Source: Moniliella sp. 'wahieum' (Eukaryota). Taken from it: a stretch of 64,000 bases of DNA. Each line of letters starts with the position of its first letter. Within the stretch, counting starts at the first letter, position 1. The notes beneath the pieces are model-generated. The model worked only from the letters and a program-made list of their open reading frames with translations, made no database searches and had not been told where the DNA came from. The position numbers and the translations under genes are program-made. The DNA is taken from positions 62,001 to 126,000 of the forward strand of contig RSEE01000049.1 in the NCBI GenBank assembly GCA_003971905.1, in the 5' to 3' direction. Positions 47,111-57,692 of this stretch are shown piece by piece.

Positions 47111-48582
47111 TTAGGCTTCCAGTGGATGGGACGTTGTCTTCTCGTACTCTTCAGGGGTACTATGGTGGTCAACCGTTGGAGTGATGTCGTCGGGGGAGTG
47201 GGAGGCAATGCTGATGCCCGAATGGGGATCTTGCACATCCTCAGTCCCATGGGTTGGTACATTGCCTCTTCCCCCACTTGGGCCAGGTCAATGCCCAGCA
47301 ACTCATCCTCCTCTGTCACGCGGAAGTGACAATAGGGAATGCGATCAATCGCAAACAACAAAATCATGGTCACCACAAAACTCCAACCTACGCCGTAGCA
47401 CGAGTCGGCGATTTGGTACCCGAGCTGGATGTAGTGGTGGTTGATCCACCCGCCCGGAATGGGGGTGGAGAGGTCAAAGGATGCCACGCGATTGTCGGCA
47501 AACAAGCCGGTCAGCACGTTGCCCACCACGCCACCAATCGCATGCGCGGCAAAAATGTCAAGCGAATCGTCAATCTGAAGCAAAGACTTGATCCCCGTAC
47601 CAAAGTTGCACGCCGTCGCACCTACCACGCCAAACACGAGACTGGACGGGGTGGAAACGTACCCGCTCGCAGGGGTGATGGCCACCAGGCCACTGATCAC
47701 GCCCGAGCAAAACCCCACCGCGGACCATTTGCGCTCCAACCGGTAGTCCCACAGCATCCACGTCACCCCGCCCACGGAAGCAGCCACAATGGTGACCATT
47801 GAAGCCTGCACCGCACGCAGGTTGGCGCCCAAGGCCGAGCCGCCATTGAACCCGATCCAGCCCACCCAGAGAAAGACGGTACCGAGAACAACGTGGGAAA
47901 CATTGTAGGGCCGATAGGCGAGGCGGTCCGTGCCGTATCCACTTCGTTTGCCCAGGAACATACTGATCGCCAGCGCACCGACGCCCGAGGTAGTATGCAC
48001 AGGCGTTCCACCGGCAAAGTCGAGCCCACCCATATTGTTGGACCAGCCCACGCCAACGTTCCAGGTAGCGTTGGCGATCGGGTTGTAGACAATGGTAGAC
48101 CAGCAAAAGGCAAAGAGCAGCATGGGTCCTAGCCGTGCACGATCGGCAAAGGCCCCGCACGCAATGACGGGCGTGATGGCGGCAAACATGCCCTGGTACA
48201 GACAAAACAGCAGTTGGGGGATGGCGGTCGAACCCGATGAGGGTTGGAGATCGACATTGATCAAGCCAAAGTGTTTGAGGTCGCCAATGAAGCCGCTGCC
48301 AGGGGGAGAAGGCGAGAGAAAAGCCCCAGAAGAACCACTCAAAGAAACGACAGCCATCACCGCCACACTCATCCAGATCATCGACAGAGCATTCTTGCGC
48401 CGCAGTAGACCGCCGTAAAAGTAGCCCAGACCGGGGATCATGAGCATGACGAGAGCCGAGGCGGTGATCATCCAGGCCAGGTCGCCTAGGTTGTACACCA
48501 TCTCGGCTCCGTCGACCCAGAAGGAAATGTTGCCATCGGGAGTGAGGCTTGCGTTGTAGGTGGCAGCGATGTTGGACCCCAT
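47111..48582 (-). CDS. Ammonium transporter, Amt/Mep family
   Basis: Motifs: GDLAWMITASALVMLMIPGLGYFYGG, YQGMFAAITP, LDFAGGTPVHTTSG, FLWVGWIGFNGGS, GLVAITPASG, IDDSLDIFAAHAIGG. The true C-terminus is probably in a shifted frame ending ..HPLEA* at 47111. Confidence 0.96.
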
Positions 48583-48925
48583 TGGGACGGGTGTTGGTGG
48601 CGGGGGAAGGAGGGGGGAGAACGCCAAGGCCGGACGAAGATCAACGCTATGGAGGCAAGAATGGGCTGCTGCCCAAACCAACTGACGGTACTGAAGAGTC
48701 GCCGGAAGCCTGGCCAGCTCGACTGCTGCTGGGCGCCGTCGAGAGACAAAGCGGGAGCGCGGGGGTGGCAAGCGACAGGCAGAAGGCGGGAGACTGGCCC
48801 TCTGCCAGCGTCCGAACGGACGGACGACGGGCGGGAGAGGTGGCGCGTGCGAAACTGCCTGGGCGGCAGCAGGCGAGGAGGCAGGATATACGTTTTGTAT
48901 GTGGTGGCAGCCCAGCCGTAGGTTA

Positions 48926-48947
48926 GATAAGAGGCGCCCCGCTTATC
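48926..48947. promoter_or_regulatory. Inverted pair of GATAAG sites (candidate AreA/Nit2-type nitrogen regulation)
   Basis: GATAAG at 48926-48931 and CTTATC at 48942-48947, about 350 bp upstream of the Mep start codon. Confidence 0.55.
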
Positions 48948-50069
48948 GATCCAGCACGCCTGTCTCACTCCCACCAGCAGTCGCCACCGGCCACACTGCC
49001 GCCGTGCCCCACCCGCCGACCCGCCGCCCGTCCCGCATCGAGCATCCCCGTCCCCCGTCCAACGCCAGTCAGGCCTCAGGCCTCAGGGCACTGCACAGAG
49101 TTATATATACCGACAGAGCGCATTAGTATGAACTCTCCTTTTTGCCTGGTCCCGTAGTCGGGGGCAGAGAGGAGAGCCACACCACACCAGCCACCCCCTT
49201 CGCTCTTCGGCAGGGCTCTGCGCAGTAAGGTACGAGAACCGCAGCCGTCGTGGGTGTGGTGCTTTTATACATGGACACTTTTGTTGGTGTGTGGAGCACC
49301 GCACTTGGGGTTGGAGCTTCACATGCTTGTCACAGTCACATGTTACAGCCAACCTGATCGACCCCCTGGACACCAGAGACCTGCGACTGGTGACCGGCTG
49401 TGACATGTGACATGTGACATGTGACCTATGACGAGGAGGAAAACAATCATAAAAGCGAAACGTGATCACCGTAAGTTTTTTTGAACGTTGAACCAAGAAT
49501 GAGATGGGGGTGCGGACGATCGCGAGAGGGGGGTGAGCGACATGCTTCGGCCCACGAACGAGGGGGACGGTGCAGTTGAGGGAGGGGAGGCAGCTAGTCA
49601 GGCGTCATGCGCAGGCGGGTGACCCGGTGACGTGGCGAGGGCGAGAAGGCGGGACTGCCGCGGTGCGTGCGGCAAGGGGGTGGGGGGGCGTGCGTGTGCG
49701 TGTGACATGTGAATGTAAGGGGAGGGCGGGGCGGCGGGGGCGGGGCGGAAGCGGCGGCGGATTCCGCGCGGGCGCGTGTGACATGGGCGCATGGGCCAGA
49801 GCGTGGAGGGCTACACTAGTCAGCATTTCGCCAGCCCATCGCAAGGAGTAAGGAGCCATCAGCCATCGGCATCCCTCAGCCAGCAGCCGCCCGCCGCTCG
49901 CTTCCACGCCCGTCCCCTCCACGCCCGTCCCCGCGCCCACTCTCTGGCTGCGCTCAGCCTTCTCGCTGCCGCTGCTGCCTCTGCTTGCGCTGCCTTCACT
50001 CCCGCCGCCTCCACTCCCGCTGCCTCGCCGCTGCCATGCCACTGCCTCCACTCCGCCGCTGCCTCCGCC

Positions 50070-52878
50070 ATGGGCTCGGCCAGCGCACCGGCCACCCCCG
50101 CCGGCCACCCGTCCGCTTCCTTGGCCGCACCCCGCCCCCACTGCCCAACCGCCGCCCCCTCCCCGCCGCCGCCCCCGCTCTCCTCCCTCGCCGGCATCTC
50201 CCCCCGCCTGCTCCCCCAGCGCCGCAAGGGCTCCCATGCCGCCTCCCGCTCCCAGCCCGACTCCTCCGCACCAGCCGCCCCGCCAGCTCCACCTCTCTCG
50301 ACGACGCGCCCCCACTCCGCCAGCTCGCCCGCATCCAGCACACCCGCCGCCGACACCCAGCTGGTCCGTGTCCTGGACGATGCGACGGGCGAGGTGGTCG
50401 ACCTGCAGCTGGACCGCTCCGAGGCCTACCCGCGCCTCGCCCCGCACGCTATCCGCCCCGCCTCGCCCTTCGCATCCCCCGCCCGAGGAGGAGCAGGCGG
50501 CCTGGATCCCGCGCCTCGACGTGCTCAGCCGGCTGCAGAAGCTGCGCGCCAGCAGCGCCACTCCGGCCGACGACTCGCGCGATCCCAGCTCTCCTCCAGC
50601 CAACCCGTCCAGCCCGCCGCCGCGGAGGAGGAAACCGAAGAGCTGGTCCCACCGCCCCGCGCCCAGTCTGCGCCGTACAACCCCGTCCACCTGCCCAATC
50701 GCACCTCCACCTCCGACTCGGCTAGCACCATTGCCCACGCCTCCTCCTCGCGCCCAGTCTCCGGGCCAGCACTTCCTCCTCTCTCTGCGCGCGCTCTCCT
50801 ATCTCGCCCCTTGGGCTGGAACCCGTTCCACCCGCCGCATTTCGGAGGCAGCTCCATCCCAACTTCCTTCTCCGCTCCCGAACCTCCCTGGCAACCAGTG
50901 ATCGTTCCCACCCGCCCACCCGCTCAACGGGGCGGCTGCCCAGTTGGTCGTCCAGCCCCTCCGGGCGCAAGTCAGGGCCGCCTGTCCCCTATTATTGGCT
51001 CGGCCAATCCTGTCTCGCCACCGCCGAGGTACATACCGGCGACGCCTCTTTTGACCAGGAAGCAAACGCTAATGCGCAGCGCATGTACCGCGCTCGACGT
51101 GGGCGGAAAGAAGAAGCGCGAGATCCGGGGGCAAGGGCCAACTGATCGATGCTGGGCATGCAAATTATGTGCTGATGTACCACATGCTGCTGACGGGGAT
51201 TCGTATTGCCGTATCTCGCGCACAGCACCGCCCCCGCGCCCCCGCTTGACCGAGAACGATTTCGCTCCCAGCATAAGTTTACCTTTGACATTGTGGGCAA
51301 CGAGTTGGAGCCAGGAAGGCGCAGTATGCGTTGCGTTCAAGGATTATGCGGGCCCGATCTTTCGCTCGTTGCGGGAACACTTTAAGTTGGACACGGCGGA
51401 TTATCTGTTGAGTTTGACAAGCAAGTACCTCCTCTCGGAGCTTGGATCGCCGGGCAAGAGCGGGTCCTTCTTCTACTACTCGGGTGATTATCGATTCATC
51501 ATCAAGACCATCCGCCGGTGGAACATACATTTCTACTTTCCATCTTACCTGCCTACCACGAGCATGTGGAGCACAACCCAAACACGCTGCTCAGCCGCTT
51601 TTATGGCCTGCACCGGGTCAAGCTCCCGGGCGGGAAAAAGTGCATTTCGTCGTGATGAACAATCTCTTCCCCCCGCACATGGACATTCACGAGACGTACG
51701 ACCTTAAGGCTCCACTGCCGGGCGCGAATTCCCAGAGGAGACGCTCAAGGAAAGAAAGGCGGGCCTGGGGCAATGGGGGTGGTAATGAAGGACTTGAACT
51801 GGTTACGACGTGGGCGGAAGATCCTTCTTCCCGAGGCCAAGCGCCAAGCGTTTGAGGCGCAACTGAGACGGGATGTGGCGCTGTTGTCACGTTTACGGAT
51901 CATGGACTATTCCCTGTTGATTGGCATCCACGATTTGCAGCGGGGCAACAAGGAAAATCTACGTCAAGAAGGGTTGCACCTGTTCCAGGCGGATGCCCGC
52001 ACGCCACGACCGCTCCGGATGGCTGTGACACGGTCGGACCCTACTCGCTGAGTTACACGGGAGCCGACCTGCGCCACAACATTCTACAGCGAAGAAGGCG
52101 GCACCCGGTCCGTCGGCGGCGGCGAGATCTACTTTATGGGCTCATCGATCTCTTTACTTCGTACAACTCGATCAAACGCGGCGAGCACCTGTACAAGACA
52201 GTGACCACCCCAGATTCCACCTCCATCTCCGCATTGCCTCCGGCCGCGTACGCCCAACGTTTCCTCGCTTTCATTCTCACTGCCACCGACCCTCAGGCCG
52301 AATGGACACGGCCCCCTTCCTGGCCCTTGTTGCTACCCAGCTTCAGGAACACGCAGCACACCTCGCCTCCCATGCTCTCCTCCCATCAACCTACACCTAC
52401 CATGTCCCTCGCTTCCTCTCGCGTCCATCGCACCCGCCAGGCCTACCGATTCTTCCACGCCCACCCACTCCGATCGGGATCCCAGTCCCAACTCCAATCC
52501 CAATCCAATTCCAACCCCAATCCCCTCTCGATCCCAATCCCTCCCCATCCCAACCCCGATTCCAATTTCCAGCCCAATTCCCAGCCCAATCAACTACCTA
52601 CACCTACCGCGCGGCACGCGACCTCGATCACGATCGCTTGGCCCGGCCCGGTCGCTCTGGACAAGTTAGTTTCCTCCACATCTCTTGCCCCTTGCTCCTT
52701 GCCCCTTGCTCCCTTGCCCCTTGTCCCTTCCTTGCCATCCATTTTTGTTGCTCGCGGTGTGCGGCTCGTTAACGGCGGTACGCGGTACCGGTTCATTCGC
52801 ACCGGCTCGGAACTCTTCTCTCTCCTTGCCCCTTTCCCACGGGTCGCGTGCTGCGTGACATGGACATGTGACATATGA
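50070..52878 (+). CDS. MSS4: Phosphatidylinositol-4-phosphate 5-kinase (Mss4/Its3-like)
   Basis: Motifs: FKDYAGPIFRSLREHFKLDTADYLLSLTSKYLLSELGSPGKSGSFFYYSGDYRFIIKTI, PNTLLSRFYGLHRVK, HFVVMNNLFPPH..IHETYDLK, VMKDLNW, IMDYSLLIGIHD, ISALPPAAYAQRFLAFI. The kinase domain ends near 52280. Start and stop positions are uncertain. Confidence 0.9.
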
Positions 52879-55028
52879 CATTATTTCATCTCTAAGTAAG
52901 GACTAGGTACTTGGTTCGCCTCATGATCATCGTCCCCTACTGGTGAGTGGGACGCACATATACATCCACCATCCATACAACTATTCTTCTGCATTGAGCA
53001 TCCCTCCCCCCCTCCTACTGCTATACTGCGCGCTCGCGGCGATGAGCGGGAAGGTGGTGGTGGCTAGCCTAGGAATCTAGGTTTGCAGGTGTGCTTGCGG
53101 GGTTCCAGATTCTGGTGTAGTCTCAATAAGGCCATAGGACATGGGTGCACGGTGAAGTTCCAGCGACGCACAGGCCAAATCAATGGATTGATTATTGATT
53201 GAATCGCAGGACTACTGACAGGTGAGGGTAGGTGACCCCAAGTCACCCAATCGTGGATCTAGTACTAGCATCTGCTGCGGAGGCAAAGGCAATGCAACAG
53301 GCCCGTTGCACCGACCCTGCGCCTCAGCCTGCAGCCAACCTGGGGCCCCAGCTGGGGCCCAGCTGTGCGCTCGGACCGCCCGACCTCCCTCCCTCCCAAA
53401 GCGGAGGGGCCGTTGAACATTGCAAACCCACCCCTGTGGCTTCCGCGGGCTGATCGATGATCCGTGATGGGTGCTCCGTGACGCGTGACGTCGGAATATC
53501 TCAGATCTCAAGTGCCGGTCTCAGTACCTCAGTTCAAGGTTGCAATTTCAGTTCTGCGTTTCTCTCGCCACATGCCCTGGTCGACTGGCTGGCTGGCGGG
53601 CGCGGATAGCGGTCGCCGCTCAGGCTGAGCGCAGACGGAAACGCCGTGCCATTAGCGTTTGGCATTCCACGTCTACCAACCAGCTTCGCCCGACGGGTGC
53701 GTGCTTCGGAGAAGCCGTGGGGGGCGGCGCAGAAGAAGCTACTCTGTGGCGGAGGAGGACGCGCTTGCCACTTGGCTCTGAGCACTTGGCTCTGGGCGTG
53801 TACCGTGTACCGCCACCACGTCCGAGTGAGACGTGGGTCGCGAAGAGAGACAGGGTGGTATACTGTGGTGACGGGGCTGATGCAGCATTGGTGGCATGGC
53901 AAGCTTTCGTTGGGTGGCTCACTTTGGTGACCGTATCTCGCTACGAGCCACCACCGATGGAAGGTCCGCTAGCTTCCTTACTCATACGTTCCTCCCCCTC
54001 CCTCTGCGACGAATGGAGAGAAGGAGGGGGGAAGGCGAGCAGAGCAGGGGAAGGTATATACTCTTCTACCAGTGGGTTTATATCATGTTGCCAGAGCAGA
54101 GCCTTTGTCTCTCATATACAATCCCTTTGGCCTCCAGCCTTTGTCTCTTCCTCAGACGAGCCTTTGTCTCCTTCCCCCTTTTTGGCCCCTTTCCTAACCT
54201 GCTCTTCGTACCTTAACAATATGGCCTCGATCGTACGTCCCTTGTCCATCTCACATCTCATGCCGCGCTAGCCTGGGCGAGGCAAAAGAGAAACGGAAGC
54301 TGACTGAACAGGTGCCTCACTTGCCTCACATCTCACACCGTATTCTCATTAGATCGATTCGGTTTTCTGCCCTTCCTGTGGCACCTCTACCCCTTCTTCG
54401 GTACCGTGGACCGTCCATTGCTCCATTTGCTACAAATGCTTTGGTTCTGCGTAGCCTTCCACCACTCGAAGCCCCCCCACTGTCATGGTCACGGTCATTA
54501 GCCACCCGAACAACAGCCCCGAGCCACGGATCTCACAAGTCGCACCGGTCTCACGGCTCTCTCACGAGCTATATACGTCGGGACGGCATGACAACGTCGG
54601 ACGACCGAGATGGGGAGAACAAAGAGGCAACACGCAACACGCAACACGCAACAAAAAAGATCCCAAAGGGTCTCTCTAAGTCACTAGTCAGGGTTGCATA
54701 TGGTTGTACTATTATCTTTCTTTCTTTGTTACGGTTTTGAAGGGGTACACGGTTTATACCCATTTGCAACTACCATGCTGTGCTGTTACGCGTACAGTCA
54801 CCATGCCCTCCCCTCTCGCCCTCTCCATCTCATCTGTCCCCGCGCGCGATTGAATGCGGTGGATCAATCTGGTGTATGTGTTTAGCAATGTACTCTAGTG
54901 GCCTTGGAGCGGAAAAGGAAAAGGAAAAGGAAAAGTGTACATCTCTCGTGAATTCATACACGTTACCGATTCAGGCTGGGACAACAAGCGAAATCCTATA
55001 AGCCAATATATATTATACGAGGAGGACC

Positions 55029-55295
55029 ACCGGGCCTACGGCCCGGTCGGCTGGGGCTTCGCCCCAGCTTGGTGCTGCGTCGCCACCTAACACCGTTCCA
55101 CCGTCGCCACCTTAGTCACCGTAGCCACGTTCCCCTCGCCACCTTAGCCACCGTTCCAACGGCCACCGTTCCACGCTGGAACCCTTCCACGCTGGAAAGA
55201 CGAAATAATATCACCGATTGTGCTGGTGGCTGGGACGGTGGCTGCGAACCCAGTGGCTTACGCGATGATGACCTAAACTGTGACAGCTGTGGCAC
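55029..55295. repeat. Twin GC hairpins followed by GCCACC / GGTGGC inverted subrepeats (possible non-autonomous element)
   Basis: Hairpins ACCGGGCC-TAC-GGCCCGGT and GCTGGGGC-TTC-GCCCCAGC. Many (G)CCACCGTT/CCACCTTAG units at 55081-55195 and reverse-oriented (G)GTGGC units at 55225-55293. Confidence 0.45.
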
Positions 55296-56297
55296 AGCCT
55301 TTTTTGGAGGAATCTTATGAAGTAGAGATATCAGGCTCGCTCATTCTCAAGAGCGTGTGCGGTAATTGCTCGTACCACTCACACTGGTTCCTACTAACAC
55401 CCACAGGCCACATAGACCAGGACGCGATTCTCCAGTAGTATCCATCCGTCCCCCATGGACCCAATATGTTCGATCCAATGTCATTGTACGCAAAATATCG
55501 GGGCTTGTGGGAAACCCGAAGAGCGCCCAGAGAGAAGGACGGTACCCTGGGGCAAACCCCGATAATCGGAGACTTTGGGAAGGGCAGGCTGAGATGCACG
55601 TGGGCCACGCCACTGGCCAGGGCGAGCACCACTGCAGATGGAGGCCTATATTCAAAAGATCTGATACTGTTCCACGCCACACAATATATGCTTCAAAGGA
55701 AAGGGATGGACGACACAAAACAACCATCACAGTCCTCTCAGTAATTCTATAGAAATCGACTCAGGTTGTGACTATTACAGGCTCACCGATCCGTGCCAAG
55801 CCCCGTGCGTATACGGACCACTGCCACGTCCATCGTTACACACATTGTGATCCCGGCCGCGTCATGTTGGATGAACAGTGACCAAAGGTATATATTAATC
55901 GGCCCGCTCGAGCCTTCTCTCTTCTTCCCCCTACTAATAACACATCTTGTTTCTGAGATAAGCCATATACGCACTGCACCATCTACTACTATTACATACG
56001 ATTCCAGTTTCTTGACCGTCATTAAGGTGTCTATCCCGGTAGGGGGGAAGGAATAATGATGGCCACACACGCGGTCTTGGCCAGCCTGCGGCGCCGGCTT
56101 TAATTGGCAGCGGGCGCGGTCAGCGAGCCTTTTTGCTTGACCTTCAATATTGACTCTCCTGGCTGGCTCGTGAGCTGCTACCTGACTGGACTGGACGGGG
56201 TCCGACGGGTTTCTGTGGGTTGAGCATAAAACGTACAACAGCGAAAATGGTCTGGCGGTGATGCTGATGATGATTGGTTTCGTCACTGAGAAAAAAG

Positions 56298-56383
56298 TGG
56301 GTACGCCCGGGATTGAACCGAGGACCTCTTCCAAGATGAGAATTGCACCCAAAGGAAGCATGATACCACTACACCACGTACCC
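56298..56383 (-). tRNA. tRNA-Pro(TGG) with 14-nt intron
   Basis: Acceptor GGGTACG/CGTACCC, anticodon stem CTTCC/GGAAG, loop TT-TGG-G|T, GGTTCAATCC and a downstream T6. Confidence 0.92.
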
Positions 56384-56654
56384 GACTGGGAAGGGCGTTG
56401 CAGTAGCGCCTTTAGGCCTGTCGGTAGCAGGTCGAATCAGAATGGTCTGTCTGAGAGGACACTTGCCCTCTTTGTCCTTGTTTGTTTTTTGCGCCACGTA
56501 TTCCGCAGTGCCCCGCATGGATGCGCTGCAGCCATCACCCATCGTACTTCATATACATCACCCATCCCACGTGCCCTTCTCGCCCCCACACGACGCCGTG
56601 CACCAAACCGCAACAACGGGGGCACAACCCTAACCCCCCCCCACCTTCCACACA

Positions 56655-57196
56655 ATGGCCACCCTCTGGATCATCAACAAAGCCGGCGGGCTGATCTACA
56701 CGGGCGGGCATGCACAGCCGCACTTAAGCTCCAACGACGCGCTCGTGTTGGCCGGGACGTTGCATGGCGTGCATGCCATCACGGCGCGCTTGGCCCTGCC
56801 GAAGCCGAAGCCAGCGGGACGAGTGGGGACAAAGCGGATGCGACTTCGACTGCGGCGGCGTCGCACCCGCATGCGCACGCGACGAGTACGAGCACGAGCA
56901 CCAGCACCAGCATGAGCGGAGAGGGCGGCATGACGCAACTCCAAGCGTCGGACTTTGATCGACCTTCCTAACTCCCTGTACGGGCTGCTGAAATTCGTGC
57001 TTCTTACCTCGCGCCAAGGGGAGGGCAGGAGGAGCTCGTCGTCCTACCCCCCGTCCAGCCACCGGCACCGACGTTGTTGCAAGGCTGCTACGAAGCGTAT
57101 GCCGATACCGTGATGCGCAACCCGTTCTATACCCCGGAGATGCCCATTCGCATCGAAGCGTTCGATCAGAGGATAACGACTATCTTGGGGTTGTGA
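56655..57196 (+). CDS. TRS23: TRAPP complex subunit Trs23 (TRAPPC4, sybindin family)
   Basis: N-terminal LWIINKAGGLIY..LSSNDALVLAGTLHGVHAITARL. C-terminal LLQGCYEAYADTVMRNPFYTPEMPIRIEAFD. Confidence 0.92.
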
Positions 57197-57692
57197 CGGG
57201 GAAGCGTGGGTTAGGGGGTAGGGTTAAGGGTTAGGGGTTGGCGCCATGGCTGTGTGTGTGCCCCAATGCGGTTCGGCCCGCCTGTTCTCCTGCCCCTTGG
57301 GCCTTGGGCCTGGGCCTTGGGCCATCAGCGCTGCTCCGTGGTCTGGCGCACCCTCTGTCCTACCGAGTCCCACCCCCTGCTCATTGCAATCCAATCCGTT
57401 GGCAAGAGGCCACTACGTACATAGGGAGGCAAGACCATCGAACAGACCTGAGAGAAGGCGATGCTAGCCATATTCCGGCACGCCGTCACGCGTCACATGC
57501 CAAGAGTACATAAAAGTGGGAGGATGCATCCAAGGGGAAAGGGGAGGGAGAAAGAATGGGATGAAGGGATAGGAGGGACGGGGGGATGGCAGAGCCGCGA
57601 GTTCCCGGACAGAGACATCGAAGGGTGTGTATGGGTAGGGGAAGGTGAAGGTGGGGGGGGGAGGATCAGAGTGGGACAAAATGGATCATGGA

